A stretch of DNA of 64,000 bases from Bacteriovoracaceae bacterium (lineage in GTDB: Bacteria; Bdellovibrionota; Bacteriovoracia; Bacteriovoracales; Bacteriovoracaceae). Shown in pieces: positions 50,919 through 62,201 of this stretch. Position numbers and translations under genes: made by a program. The stretch spans positions 100,605 through 164,604 of the forward strand of contig JBLWTJ010000004.1 of the NCBI GenBank assembly GCA_048270185.1, given 5' to 3'. Positions within the stretch are counted from its first letter, which is position 1; each line of letters begins with the position of its first letter. The notes beneath the pieces were generated by a model. That model was not told the DNA's origin and ran no database searches. It worked only from the letters and a program-made list of their open reading frames with translations.

Positions 50919-51815
50919 ATGAATCCAAACATAACTATAGCATTTTATGGAATTATTCCAAATGAGATTGAGAAGTCATTGTATATGGTTTATTCGAAAA
51001 TTAAGCCAATCTTAGATTATCATGAGAACTCGAAAATTATAGGTGTAATTGAAAAAGGGCAAAATAAAGAAGTGATTGAAGCTATCTTTAAAGGTATCAC
51101 TCTTTATGAATTCGACAAAGATTGTATTGACGCTCAAACTTTTTTATACAAAAGAGTAGACTTAAATCAAGTATATACTGCTAGTTCACTTAAAGCTTTA
51201 ATTACAAACTTAAACTCTACTTATAATGAACAACCACTCATCCTAATTAATTGGTCAGATAAGCCATTCTTAACTCCAACGTGGGATAGTTCATTACCAA
51301 GTGAATATATATATCTACCCTATACTAAACATATAGATGAAAAATATAACTTTAGCTGGATGTACAGTAATCAAAAAAATTTATATTTTCTGAAAGACTT
51401 TTATGATTATCTATTGAACACATGTAAAAACGGTGGAAAAGTTCAATCTTTTATAGATAGAGAAGAATGGCCTATGGCTATACCAAGTCCAAATCTATTT
51501 AAATCTACAATTAAAAAGTTGAACCGTTTTATATTCAGAACAATATATAATTTTGCTAATTTTATTAAGCCTATAGTGCCCTACTCTTTTAATTCAAAAC
51601 TTATTGGTCTAACACAAAAATCCTATAAATATATGACTACACCGAGTATTACTGGTGAAAATTCAACATATATGAATCAGGTTTTATGTTTTAAACTAAG
51701 CCCAGAATTGATCACGTATTCTCACATATTTAAAATTTTTTTATTTGAATCAAATAAAAGAAAAGATATTAAATTTTTACTAGATGATGATTTTAAAAAC
51801 TATGGTGAACACTGA
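50919..51815 (+). CDS. Hypothetical protein
   Basis: 298-aa ORF, first of four coupled genes; no motif recognised. Confidence 0.7.
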   Translation: MNPNITIAFYGIIPNEIEKSLYMVYSKIKPILDYHENSKIIGVIEKGQNKEVIEAIFKGITLYEFDKDCIDAQTFLYKRVDLNQVYTASSLKALITNLNSTYNEQPLILINWSDKPFLTPTWDSSLPSEYIYLPYTKHIDEKYNFSWMYSNQKNLYFLKDFYDYLLNTCKNGGKVQSFIDREEWPMAIPSPNLFKSTIKKLNRFIFRTIYNFANFIKPIVPYSFNSKLIGLTQKSYKYMTTPSITGENSTYMNQVLCFKLSPELITYSHIFKIFLFESNKRKDIKFLLDDDFKNYGEH

Positions 51816-52618
51816 TGAAACGTCCTAGAAAACCAGATGCAAAAGTTCATTTAAAAAGATTTATAAAACATCTTGAGTTAAAGGAACACTTCACATTTAT
51901 ACGTTTCAGTGATGGGGAAAATGAAATTCTTAAAAATAACTACTTAGAAATTAATGGAGGAATAACTAAATTCAGAGGTAGAACGTTTAAAAACACTTTC
52001 CCAAAATTTGATGCTAAAAAATTTGATCCGCGCATACATCAAGATCTACGTTCAGACTTACTAAATTCTGCAATGCACTCCGAAGTAAACTATTACAAAG
52101 GCATTCTTACTTCGCACAATGATTCAATTAAAGAACGTGAAATGATGATTCGCTTCAATGGAGGTTTTGATGGTTTTTTAACATTCACTGACTTATTTTT
52201 AAATTCGAATTATCAATCTTACACTCATAACATAGTTCCGTTATTATCCTCATTTAAAAGTATTTATGTAATTGCCAATTTCAGAGCTAAGCCAGTTGGT
52301 TTCCTAAAAAATTCAAAACACATTCAAGTTAGTGACAATTTTTTCGCAAATTACTCTGAAATAAAACAACGCATACTTGAAAATCTATTATGTATCGAGC
52401 CAAATTCCATAATACTTTCTTCGGCATCTTCTTTAACAAACATAATTGGTTATGAACTACGTAGAGTAAGAAAAGATGTTACATTTATCGATGTTGGTAC
52501 TACACTCAATGAATACCTATCTCTTGAGTCACAAACAAGAGAATATTTAGAAATGAACAACTGTAATTTAAAAACACTAAAATATCGCTTTTCAAAAAGG
52601 TATAATATCAAATGGTAA
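51815..52618 (+). CDS. GT-D fold (DUF1792-like) putative glycosyltransferase
   Basis: FTFIRFSDGE (cf. RFGDGE) and a C-terminal FIDVGT (cf. IDIGH). Confidence 0.65.
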   Translation: MKRPRKPDAKVHLKRFIKHLELKEHFTFIRFSDGENEILKNNYLEINGGITKFRGRTFKNTFPKFDAKKFDPRIHQDLRSDLLNSAMHSEVNYYKGILTSHNDSIKEREMMIRFNGGFDGFLTFTDLFLNSNYQSYTHNIVPLLSSFKSIYVIANFRAKPVGFLKNSKHIQVSDNFFANYSEIKQRILENLLCIEPNSIILSSASSLTNIIGYELRRVRKDVTFIDVGTTLNEYLSLESQTREYLEMNNCNLKTLKYRFSKRYNIKW

Positions 52619-53370
52619 GCAAACTAACAGTAACCACTAGTCTCCCAGCAATGGGGCCATTTTTAATCAACGAATTAGCTAAAAATAATTCATTAGAACT
52701 AGTTATAATTCAAAAAACGAAACATAATATTAATTGGAGATCAATTTTAATAGAAATTATACCAAGTATAATACAAAAGTCTTACTACATATTTAAAACT
52801 AAAAACCTTAAGGTTTTTATTAAAAATAAGTATAAAGTTATTGATGAATTAGCTTTAACTTATAATTTTGATACTATCTATACTATAAATATCAACAAAG
52901 ATGAAAAGGTTAAAAAAAAAATAGAGAGTATTAAATCAAAGTATATACTTGTTTTAGGTGGAAGGATATTAAAAAAGCACTTAATCGAATCAACAGATTC
53001 AATGTGGATAAACGGACACGGGGGGATATTACCAGAGTTCAGAGGTTTGTGTTCTGAGTACTGGGCACTCAAGACAGGTAATCCAAATAAAATTGGATCT
53101 ACTATCCATGAGTTAACAGAAAAAATTGATAACGGCAGGATAATAAGCATTAAAGATATTAGATTCAATAAATTACTACCACTATTCGTTATTGAAGCAA
53201 TAAACCATTACAATTTAATTATTAATTACCTTTATACTGCAAAGTTATTAATCAACTCTACTTACAAAACCACTCTTTTCAATCAAAATAATTCAAACTA
53301 CTATTCAAGTCCAAGACTATACGCTTTAACTCGCTATCTTCCTGCTTTTTTAATAAGGTTCATTAAATGA
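52612..53370 (+). CDS. Formyltransferase-domain protein (sugar N-formyltransferase-like)
   Basis: Motifs INGHGGILPEFRG, YWAL, GSTIH, IDNGRII. Confidence 0.82.
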   Translation: MVSKLTVTTSLPAMGPFLINELAKNNSLELVIIQKTKHNINWRSILIEIIPSIIQKSYYIFKTKNLKVFIKNKYKVIDELALTYNFDTIYTININKDEKVKKKIESIKSKYILVLGGRILKKHLIESTDSMWINGHGGILPEFRGLCSEYWALKTGNPNKIGSTIHELTEKIDNGRIISIKDIRFNKLLPLFVIEAINHYNLIINYLYTAKLLINSTYKTTLFNQNNSNYYSSPRLYALTRYLPAFLIRFIK

Positions 53371-54911
53371 AAATACAAATAGGGCTCCATTATTCTTTAA
53401 AAGATAAATATTACACATCATTTTTACAACAAGAACTTATTCCTCATACATTCATAGATTCAATTGACGAAGCTATTAAGCTTGATATCCGAATACTATA
53501 CTGGCCTGTAGATTTTAATTTAGAAAAATATAGCAACAAACAGTTAATCATTTTTACAGACAACTACTGTTTCAAAAATATCTTTCCAAACATTATTGCA
53601 ACCAATTCCAAATCAGAATATTTTGAATACGAAAATAAATCAAATAGCTTCAAAACAAAGTTTTTGATAGATAGAAACTTATTACAAATTTTCTCCGAAG
53701 AACAATATGGGTGTTCAATAAATGAAGACCATAAATACATAAAAAACTCAGGTGTTATAAAGAAAAAAGTAAATAATCTTACTATTATTTCATTTCCCTG
53801 GAAATTGAATAGTGAACATATTGGCTCAAACAGTAAATATAGACCATTCTATTCAAAATTTACTAATAAGTTTTACTGTGAAATTGGCCCTACGATTGAC
53901 TACTCTAATCTTAGAAGGTTTTTATTACACCTTTTAATAAAAGAAGCCGAAACATATTCTATTAAAATAAGAAAAATTCGAATTGAAAAAAAGAACCTAT
54001 TTGCAGTTAGAATTGATGCTGATGGATTTTCATCAAGTAGTTTTAATACAACATTAAGTACATCTAAATTTACGAATACTCCATTCCATTGGTTTATTGA
54101 CATCTACAGTTGGTGTAAACACAGTGGTATTTCAAGGATTAAAATCCTTAAGCAAAATAAACAAAATGTCGAAATTCATAGTTATAGGCATATGACCTAT
54201 AAGAACTATCTCAATAATTTTATAAATATTCTAACAGCAAAAATAATACTTAGAAGATATAAAGTATTTGCAAAAGCAATTGTGAGTCCCTTTGGTTTTT
54301 ATACGAATAATTACCAGAACGTAATAAAAAAATTAGGATTTAAATATTCTTCAGAATTTGGTTTCAACGTTCTCGATAAACCAACATATCCATACAATAA
54401 CCTTAAATATCCATTACAGATACCAACAAACAACGCTAGCTTAACTACTTTAAAACTTTCGGGATTCACAAAAGAGGAAGCATTCGATCATCTCGAAAAG
54501 AGTACACTAGAGTTAATAGATACAAATAGAATTGCAATTTTATATGAGCACCCTATATTTGGAATTGAAAAGTATCCTGAAGAATATAAAGACTTGATTA
54601 ATAAAATAAAACAATTTGCTGATATAACTTCATTAGAGAATTATGCGAATACTTATCAAACAATTATTTCAAAACTTTACAATTATGATGAAAATATTCT
54701 AATGGATGATATAGAAGATTTAAAAGAGAATGATAGAATACCATATGAAAATATATCCGATCAAACAATACTAGACTTATCTAATAGAAGACAAGAATAT
54801 AATAGAAGCTTTAAAAAAGAGTATGAATCACCGTTTTATAAATGGTTTTTTATCTGGTATTGCAAAAGCCTAATATTATCTTTTATAGGTTGTCTAAGAA
54901 AAGAAAATTGA
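53367..54911 (+). CDS. Polysaccharide deacetylase-like (NodB/CE4-fold) domain protein
   Basis: Motifs VRIDAD, EIHSYRH, SPFG, GFKYSSE, YEHP in the C-terminal half. Confidence 0.6.
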   Translation: MKIQIGLHYSLKDKYYTSFLQQELIPHTFIDSIDEAIKLDIRILYWPVDFNLEKYSNKQLIIFTDNYCFKNIFPNIIATNSKSEYFEYENKSNSFKTKFLIDRNLLQIFSEEQYGCSINEDHKYIKNSGVIKKKVNNLTIISFPWKLNSEHIGSNSKYRPFYSKFTNKFYCEIGPTIDYSNLRRFLLHLLIKEAETYSIKIRKIRIEKKNLFAVRIDADGFSSSSFNTTLSTSKFTNTPFHWFIDIYSWCKHSGISRIKILKQNKQNVEIHSYRHMTYKNYLNNFINILTAKIILRRYKVFAKAIVSPFGFYTNNYQNVIKKLGFKYSSEFGFNVLDKPTYPYNNLKYPLQIPTNNASLTTLKLSGFTKEEAFDHLEKSTLELIDTNRIAILYEHPIFGIEKYPEEYKDLINKIKQFADITSLENYANTYQTIISKLYNYDENILMDDIEDLKENDRIPYENISDQTILDLSNRRQEYNRSFKKEYESPFYKWFFIWYCKSLILSFIGCLRKEN

Positions 54912-54915
54912 GCTT

Positions 54916-55845
54916 TTAGTATTTATCAAGATAAAACTTGATCGCCCTATCGAGACCATCACTAAGTTCAATCTGATGCTTCCATCCAAGTGAATTCACT
55001 CTAGAAACATCTAGTAACTTTTTCATTGTACCATCTGGCTTAGACGTATCAAAAGTGAGCTCCCCCTTGAAACCTAACTTACCTGCTATCATTGCAGCTA
55101 GTTCACCTATCTCAATATCGACACCTGTACCAACATTTATTAGAGATGGCACTTCTTCTTTGAATTTCATAATATGAATACATGCAGATGCCATGTCATC
55201 AACATGAAGAAATTCTCTTCTCGGTTTCCCTGTACCCCAAATTTTAAACTCAGTATCATTATTATCGATTGCTTTTTTCATTCTTGCAATTAGACCAGGA
55301 ATAACGTGTGAATTCTCAATATGAAAGTTATCATTTTCTCCGTAAAGATTCGTTGGCATCACTGAAGTGTAATTCAATCCATATTGATCTTTAAATGCCT
55401 CAGCTGTTTTGAGACCAGCAATCTTAGCTATTGCATAAGGTTCATTTGTTGATTCAAGAGGTCCTGTTAATAAATACTCTTCTCTTATTGGTTGTGGACA
55501 ATTTTTGGGGTAGATACAAGAACTTCCTAAAAAGAGTAATCTTTCTACATTTGTCTTAAAACATGCGTTGAAAACATTTTGTTGAATTGTTAGATTTTCA
55601 AAAATAAAATCGGCTCGATAAGTATTATTTGCGTGAATCCCACCAACTTTCGCAGCAGCTAAAAAAACATATTTGGGCTTATTTAACTGAAAGTATTCTA
55701 AAGTATCAGATTGCAATAGTAGATCTACCTCTTCTCTTACTGGCCTTAAAATATTTTCGAAACCCTGCCTCTCTAACTCTCTTACTAAGGCTGACCCTAC
55801 CAACCCTCTTGAACCTAATACTAAAATAACATCTGACTTATTCAT
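54916..55845 (-). CDS. fcl: GDP-L-fucose synthase
   Basis: Motifs [60 protein letters not shown]. Confidence 0.97.
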   Translation of the reverse strand: MNKSDVILVLGSRGLVGSALVRELERQGFENILRPVREEVDLLLQSDTLEYFQLNKPKYVFLAAAKVGGIHANNTYRADFIFENLTIQQNVFNACFKTNVERLLFLGSSCIYPKNCPQPIREEYLLTGPLESTNEPYAIAKIAGLKTAEAFKDQYGLNYTSVMPTNLYGENDNFHIENSHVIPGLIARMKKAIDNNDTEFKIWGTGKPRREFLHVDDMASACIHIMKFKEEVPSLINVGTGVDIEIGELAAMIAGKLGFKGELTFDTSKPDGTMKKLLDVSRVNSLGWKHQIELSDGLDRAIKFYLDKY

Positions 55846-56953
55846 GATAATTTAAAACCTTATGACCACCGTCCTTCAAATACTTATCTTTTTCAAAAAT
55901 AGTTAAATCAGAAGTCATCATATCATCAATTAATGAATTTAAGTTGTGTTTTGGTTTCCAATTTAATTTCTCATGAGCCTTAGTAGGATCACCTAAAAGT
56001 AAATCTACCTCTGTTGGTCTAAAATATCTTTCATCAATGCCAATCACTACTTTACCAATCTCTACTTGATACTTTGGATTATTACATTTCTTAACTTTAG
56101 CTACTTCATTCACTCCCGAACCTGAGAACTCTAACTCAATACCAACAAACATAAAGGCTTTTATAATAAAATCACGAATAGAAGTTGTTACACCAGTAGC
56201 AATAACAAAGTCTTCAGGGGTTTTCTGCTGTAACATCAGCCACATTGCTTCCACGTAATCCTTAGCATGGCCCCAGTCTCTTTTTGAATCAAGATTTCCC
56301 ATATAAACTTTATCTTGTAACCCTAAAGCAATACGAGAGACAGCTCTAGTAATTTTTCTTGTTACAAAAGTTTCTCCTCTTAACGGTGATTCATGATTGA
56401 ATAAAATTCCGTTACAAGCGTAAAGGCCATATGCTTCTCTATAATTTACTGTAATCCAGTAGGCGTACATTTTTGCACATGCATAAGGTGATCGAGGATA
56501 AAAAGGAGTAGTTTCTTTTTGAGGTGTTTCTTGGACTAATCCATATAACTCACTAGTAGATGCTTGATAAATTTTTGTCTTCTTCTCCATCCCTAGAATC
56601 CTGATCGCTTCTAGTAATCTTAAAGTACCAATACCATCAACATTTGCAGTATATTCAGGCGTATCAAAAGATACACGCACATGACTCATTGCTCCCAAGT
56701 TATAAATCTCATCAGGCTGTACTTCCTGTATGATTCTTATCAAATTCGAAGTATCCGATAAGTCACCAAAGTGCAGCTTTAGGTTTACATTATTCTCATG
56801 TGGATCTTGATATAAATGATCAATCCTATCAGTATTAAATAATGACGAACGTCTTTTAATTCCATGTACCTCATAACCTTTAGACAATAAAAGCTCTGCG
56901 AGATAAGCACCATCTTGCCCAGTTACTCCAGTTATCAATGCAACTTTATTCAT
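55838..56953 (-). CDS. gmd: GDP-mannose 4,6-dehydratase
   Basis: Motifs [58 protein letters not shown]. Confidence 0.98.
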   Translation of the reverse strand: MNKVALITGVTGQDGAYLAELLLSKGYEVHGIKRRSSLFNTDRIDHLYQDPHENNVNLKLHFGDLSDTSNLIRIIQEVQPDEIYNLGAMSHVRVSFDTPEYTANVDGIGTLRLLEAIRILGMEKKTKIYQASTSELYGLVQETPQKETTPFYPRSPYACAKMYAYWITVNYREAYGLYACNGILFNHESPLRGETFVTRKITRAVSRIALGLQDKVYMGNLDSKRDWGHAKDYVEAMWLMLQQKTPEDFVIATGVTTSIRDFIIKAFMFVGIELEFSGSGVNEVAKVKKCNNPKYQVEIGKVVIGIDERYFRPTEVDLLLGDPTKAHEKLNWKPKHNLNSLIDDMMTSDLTIFEKDKYLKDGGHKVLNYHE

Positions 56954-57082
56954 TAAATATCCTTATTAATTTGATTTTATTTTTACCAATCCTTATACAA
57001 AAGAGCAAAATCAGTTATAATAATATACTTTAAAATTATAGATCTTGTAATTGTATTAAGATATTTAAGCTTTGGAAATTCA

Positions 57083-57967
57083 ATGAGTTCAGAAATTTAT
57101 ATTGTGTCAGAAATACTAGGAGGCTTGGGTAACCAAATGTTTCAATATGCATGTGGACTTGCATATTCCAAGAAAATTAACGCAAAGCACTTAATCGATT
57201 ATAGTGCATTTGATAAATATGAATTAAGAAATTATCAGTTAGATAGTTTTAATATAACAAGTCCTCGTATTGAATCAGACAATTTAGATGTCTTTCAAAG
57301 GGGCCCTGTAAAAAGTATCTCTAAATTTATTCATAAGGCAATAAGGAAGATTACAGGTAAGCAATTTGATTATAATAATATACTATTTGAGGATTGGCCT
57401 AACTTTAGAAATTTGCCTCTAAAACGTAAATGTTACTATTTAAAAGGCTACTGGCAATCTGAAGATTATTTTAAAGAGATTAGAGATCAACTCTTAATTG
57501 AATTTTCACTAAAGGTAACTTTAAATACTAATAATTTGAATATGCTTAATACGATTAAAAGTGATTCTGATTCTGTCTCACTCCACATAAGAAGAGGTGA
57601 CTATGTTACAGGACCAGTCGATAACTCATTAGATCTTTCATACTATCACAATGCAATTGATCTAATAAAAAACAGAGTTACTAACCCAACGTTCTATATT
57701 TTTTCAGATGATCCAACCTGGGTACAAGAAAATCTAAAACTAGAGAATGCACACTACATCGACTTCAACAAAGGTAACGAAGGATTCTTCGATATTGAAT
57801 TGATGAAAAATTGTAAACATAACATTACTGCAAATAGCTCATTTTCATGGTGGGGATCTTGGCTAAATGAAAATCCAAATAAGATAGTAATAATGCCGAA
57901 AGTTTGGCTACCTGGAGAAACAATTAGTCCAAATATTATTTATTATAAAGATGTAATTAAACTTTGA
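57083..57967 (+). CDS. Alpha-1,2-fucosyltransferase (GT11)
   Basis: Motifs GGLGNQMFQYA, GYWQSE.YF, LHIRRGDY, FSDD, ANSSFSWWG. Confidence 0.93.
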   Translation: MSSEIYIVSEILGGLGNQMFQYACGLAYSKKINAKHLIDYSAFDKYELRNYQLDSFNITSPRIESDNLDVFQRGPVKSISKFIHKAIRKITGKQFDYNNILFEDWPNFRNLPLKRKCYYLKGYWQSEDYFKEIRDQLLIEFSLKVTLNTNNLNMLNTIKSDSDSVSLHIRRGDYVTGPVDNSLDLSYYHNAIDLIKNRVTNPTFYIFSDDPTWVQENLKLENAHYIDFNKGNEGFFDIELMKNCKHNITANSSFSWWGSWLNENPNKIVIMPKVWLPGETISPNIIYYKDVIKL

Positions 57968-57970
57968 TAA

Positions 57971-59068
57971 CTATTTTATTATATTACTAATTATGTACAG
58001 AACTTCTGATTCATTCATAGAAAAATAAATAGGTAGCCTAAGAATTTCTTTTTCGAATCGTAAAGCATTTCTACATGATTTCCCTGCATTATAATAAGGA
58101 CTACTTTCTAAAGACAAATAATGGAAAGAAGCGGAAATCCCCTTCTCTGTAAGTTCATTTATTAATTCACTTCTCTTGTTTGAATCAATCGTAACGTAAA
58201 ACAAATGCCCGTTATAAACTTTTCCATCTTCTATTTCAGGTAACTGAAACAGAGCTTCATTTGAAAGTTCAATATAATATCTGTTCCAAATATCTTTTCT
58301 CTTTGCAGTAATCAAATCTAATTTTTCGATCTGACCCCAGAGATAAGCAGCATTCAATTCGGAAAGTAAGTAAGATGCTCCAACATCAACACATTCGTAT
58401 TTTTGAACGTCACCTCTTTTAAATGCAGCTCTATTTGTCCCTTTTTCCCAAATGATTTCAGATCGATCATAAAATTTTGAGTTGTTAACGACAAGCATTC
58501 CACCTTCACCACTACTTATATTTTTTGTTTCATGAAATGAGAATGTTGCAAAATCACCAAAGCTACCTAAAGCTTTTCCTTTATAATATGAATCAATAGC
58601 CTGAGCAGCATCTTCAATTAATACGAGATTATACTCTTTACAAATTTCTAGAATTTCATCCATATCACACGCATATCCTGCATAATGGACAATACAAATT
58701 GCACGCGTATTTTTTGTTATCTTACTTCTAATTGATTTTGGACATATATTAGGATTATTATCTTTTGAATCTGCAAAAACAACTTTTCCTCCATGAAGAG
58801 TATAAGCATTAGCTGTTGATACAAATGTGAAAGCCGGCACAATTACCTCATCTCCTGGCTTTAAATCTAATAGTACAGCAGACATTTCAAGCGCATCTGT
58901 ACATGATGTTGTAAGTAAACACTTACCAAATCCATATTTTTCTTGAAAAAAGTTAACGCATTTTTTTGAATAATAACCATTACCCGATAGATGTGCACGA
59001 TCGATGGCATCTTTAATATATTCTAACTCATTCCCAACTACTGTTGATTTGTTAAATGGAATTTTCAC
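57971..59068 (-). CDS. rffA: dTDP-4-amino-4,6-dideoxygalactose transaminase
   Basis: Motifs [43 protein letters not shown] (WecE/RffA signature). Confidence 0.92.
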   Translation of the reverse strand: MKIPFNKSTVVGNELEYIKDAIDRAHLSGNGYYSKKCVNFFQEKYGFGKCLLTTSCTDALEMSAVLLDLKPGDEVIVPAFTFVSTANAYTLHGGKVVFADSKDNNPNICPKSIRSKITKNTRAICIVHYAGYACDMDEILEICKEYNLVLIEDAAQAIDSYYKGKALGSFGDFATFSFHETKNISSGEGGMLVVNNSKFYDRSEIIWEKGTNRAAFKRGDVQKYECVDVGASYLLSELNAAYLWGQIEKLDLITAKRKDIWNRYYIELSNEALFQLPEIEDGKVYNGHLFYVTIDSNKRSELINELTEKGISASFHYLSLESSPYYNAGKSCRNALRFEKEILRLPIYFSMNESEVLYIISNIIK

Positions 59069-59940
59069 TTATTTGCTCTCGAAATTAATAACTTTAAATA
59101 TTCACCATAGCTTGATTTTTCTTGTAACTTAAATTGCTTTTCCAATCCATCTTTATTGAGCCATCCATTATTAAATGATATTTCCTCGAGACAAGCAATT
59201 TTAAGACCTTGAACATCTTCGATCATATGAACATATTGTGATGCTTTAATTAAAGATTCGTGAGTTCCCATATCAATCCAGCTAAAGCCACGACCAAGAG
59301 GTTGGAGTTTTAATTTTCCACGTTTCATATACTCTACATTGATATCAGTGATCTCTAACTCACCTCGATGTGAAGGAGATAAATTTTTCGCTATAGAGAC
59401 AACTTCATTATCATAAAAATACAAACCGGTCACTGCATAATTCGATTTTGGAGATGACGGTTTTTCTTCAATAGATAATACTTCAAAATTCTTATCGAAT
59501 TCAACAACTCCAAATCTTTCTGGGTCCTTTACAGGATAACCGTAAATCACACCACCATCAGTTATGTTACTAGCTGCTCTCAGAGTATTAGCAAAACCTT
59601 GACCATAAAAAATATTATCACCAAGAATTAAAGAAACTGAAGAGTCACCAATGAATTCTTCACCAAGGATAAATGCTTCGGCAATACCTTTAGGCTCATC
59701 TTGAACTTTATATTCAATCTCAATACCAAACTGACTACCATCACCTAATAATCCTTTTATTAAAGGAATATCACGAGGAGTTGAAATAATTAAGATCTCT
59801 CGAATGCCCGCTAACATAAGAACCGATAGAGGATAATAAATCATCGGTTTATCATAAACAGATAACAGCTGCTTGCTTACACCTAGAGTAACAGGGTGAA
59901 GTCTTGTTCCATTACCACCAGCTAATACAATTCCTTTCAT
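59065..59940 (-). CDS. rfbA: Glucose-1-phosphate thymidylyltransferase
   Basis: Motifs [50 protein letters not shown]. Confidence 0.97.
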   Translation of the reverse strand: MKGIVLAGGNGTRLHPVTLGVSKQLLSVYDKPMIYYPLSVLMLAGIREILIISTPRDIPLIKGLLGDGSQFGIEIEYKVQDEPKGIAEAFILGEEFIGDSSVSLILGDNIFYGQGFANTLRAASNITDGGVIYGYPVKDPERFGVVEFDKNFEVLSIEEKPSSPKSNYAVTGLYFYDNEVVSIAKNLSPSHRGELEITDINVEYMKRGKLKLQPLGRGFSWIDMGTHESLIKASQYVHMIEDVQGLKIACLEEISFNNGWLNKDGLEKQFKLQEKSSYGEYLKLLISRANK

Positions 59941-59949
59941 TTCTTACCT

Positions 59950-60960
59950 TTAATTATATTTTTTAATATACCAATCAATTGTTTTAATAATACCAGAATC
60001 AAAATTTTCTTCAGCCTTCCATCCTAAATCATTTTCTATTTTGGAAGCATCAATGGCATATCTTCTATCATGACCATGTCTATCTTCAACATAAGAAATT
60101 AAGTCTGAATAACTTCCACTTTTCAATGGAAGTTTATCATCAAGGATTCGACATATTGTGTCTGCAATCTGATTATTTGTACGTTCGTTCTTACCGCCAA
60201 TATTATATGTTTCACCAGCGAGTCCTTGATGAAAAGCTTTAAGAATACCTATACAGTGGTCTGAAACGTATAACCAATCTCTAATATTTTTTCCATCACC
60301 ATATATAGGTATTTTATTTCCAGCTAGTGCATTTCTAATAATGGTAGGTATTAATTTCTCGTCATGTTGTTTAGGGCCATAATTATTTGAACAATTTGTC
60401 GTAATAACATTTAGGCCATATGTATGAAAGTATGATCTTACTAGCATATCTGAAGATGCCTTACTTGCAGAATAAGGAGAATTTGGTGCATATGGAGTTG
60501 TCTCTGTAAAAAGACCTTCTTCTCCAAGGGTACCGTAAACTTCATCAGTAGAAATATGTATAAATCTTGAATTTGAGAATTCATTCTTATATTTAAACGG
60601 AGAATCTTGCCAAAAATTTCTAGCAACATCTAATAAAATGAAAGTACCATTTACATTTGTCTTAACAAAAGCTTCAGGGCCACTAATTGAATTATCAACA
60701 TGAGATTCTGCTGCAAAGTTTATCACATCAGTTATTTTATACTTTAGGAATATATTACTCACAGTGTCACGACAAGATATATCACCTTTTTCAAAAATAT
60801 AATTAGGGTGGTTTAGTACTTCTTCTAAGTTATCTTCATTACCTGCATATGTAAGAAGATCAAAATTAATGATGTTATACTCTGGATATTTCTCTAAAAT
60901 GTGAACAATAAAGTTAGAGCCTATAAATCCAGCTCCCCCTGTAATTAATATATTACGCAT
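59950..60960 (-). CDS. rfbB: dTDP-glucose 4,6-dehydratase
   Basis: Motifs TGGAGFIGSN, LTYAGN, FAAESHVD, STDEVYG, PNSPYSASKA, CSNNYGP, GHDRRYA. Confidence 0.97.
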   Translation of the reverse strand: MRNILITGGAGFIGSNFIVHILEKYPEYNIINFDLLTYAGNEDNLEEVLNHPNYIFEKGDISCRDTVSNIFLKYKITDVINFAAESHVDNSISGPEAFVKTNVNGTFILLDVARNFWQDSPFKYKNEFSNSRFIHISTDEVYGTLGEEGLFTETTPYAPNSPYSASKASSDMLVRSYFHTYGLNVITTNCSNNYGPKQHDEKLIPTIIRNALAGNKIPIYGDGKNIRDWLYVSDHCIGILKAFHQGLAGETYNIGGKNERTNNQIADTICRILDDKLPLKSGSYSDLISYVEDRHGHDRRYAIDASKIENDLGWKAEENFDSGIIKTIDWYIKKYN

Positions 60961-61052
60961 ATGATACCTATACTCTAATAGTAAGTAATATTAATATAAA
61001 AGTAACATTAGATAATTGTTAGTTATATAAAATATTGTTATAAATATTTATT

Positions 61053-62114
61053 ATGATTATAACATCAATTTTATATTTAATCGCATCATTTGTTATCACA
61101 TATATAACAATACCAATTTTAATCAAATTTGCTGAATCGACTCAACTATATGCACAAGCAAATCACCGTACTAGCCACAAAACACCTGTACCTTCATTAG
61201 GTGGAATTGCATTGTTTATGGGGATATGCTTCTCAAGCTTATTCTTTACACCAAATGAAAGTTTCTCAAGTATTCAGTATTTGTTAGTGACTCAGTTTAT
61301 CATTTTTTTCCTAGGTTTGAAGGATGATATATTCGTACTTTCAGCTAGAAAAAAACTACTCGTTCAGATAATTTGTGCACAAATCATTATTTTCTATTCT
61401 GGTGTCAAGATAGATGACTTTTACAATGTATTAGGTATTGGCTCCTTAAGTGAGGTCGAAGCCAATATTTTTACTACACTTACTTTCGTAGGATTAATTA
61501 ATGCCTTCAACCTAATAGACGGTATCAATTGGCTTGCAGGATTGATATCAATCTCATCTTGTCTTTTTCTAGCCTCTTGGTTTGGTATTAATGGGTTTAA
61601 AGTAGAATCAGGTATAACACTATCTTTAATAGGTTCTTTACTAGCTTTCTTAAAATTTAATAAGACTCCAGCAAAAATATTCATGGGTGATACTGGTTCA
61701 CTATTAATAGGTCTAACTATTTCATATCTATTAATAAGGTTCATTAATCTCAATCACAAAGAAGTAAATTTAGCTTTCTCCTTTAGGTCAGCTCCTTCGA
61801 TTGCAATTGCTGTCGTATTCATTCCACTTCTCGATACACTTAGAGTGATGTTTTTGCGAATTATGAAGAGACAAAGTCCCTTCACACCTGATCAGAATCA
61901 TTTACACCATATCCTACTGAAAAGGGGATTAAGTCATATTCAAGCTGCTCTTGTTTTATTTGCAATTAATTGTGGGTGTATTATTGCTGCAATAATACTG
62001 AATCAAATTACAGGTAAGATTATTATTCCAGCAATGTTTATCGTTCTATATACATTTTTCAATCTTATAACTTTCAATCGAATGAGTAAGAAGTATTTGA
62101 ATGTAACAATATAG
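61053..62114 (+). CDS. wecA: Undecaprenyl-phosphate GlcNAc-1-P transferase (WecA/MraY family)
   Basis: Motifs HKTPVPSLGG, GLKDD, NAFNLIDGI, PAKIFMGDTGS, DQNHLHH. Confidence 0.85.
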   Translation: MIITSILYLIASFVITYITIPILIKFAESTQLYAQANHRTSHKTPVPSLGGIALFMGICFSSLFFTPNESFSSIQYLLVTQFIIFFLGLKDDIFVLSARKKLLVQIICAQIIIFYSGVKIDDFYNVLGIGSLSEVEANIFTTLTFVGLINAFNLIDGINWLAGLISISSCLFLASWFGINGFKVESGITLSLIGSLLAFLKFNKTPAKIFMGDTGSLLIGLTISYLLIRFINLNHKEVNLAFSFRSAPSIAIAVVFIPLLDTLRVMFLRIMKRQSPFTPDQNHLHHILLKRGLSHIQAALVLFAINCGCIIAAIILNQITGKIIIPAMFIVLYTFFNLITFNRMSKKYLNVTI

Positions 62115-62201
62115 ACTTTTTACTTTATTAATAGCTATACTTCATTAAATTTTAAAATATATCATCATGGAAATTAAAATTTACAATAGAGAGAATTTAT
62201 A

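Noticed and set aside
5944..61753. Numerous other 60-150 aa track ORFs nested in or antisense to long genes (e.g. 22596..22919, 23265..23594, 37010..37459, 43452..43739, 61421..61753)
   Set aside because: They overlap well-supported CDSs in other frames and show no motifs.
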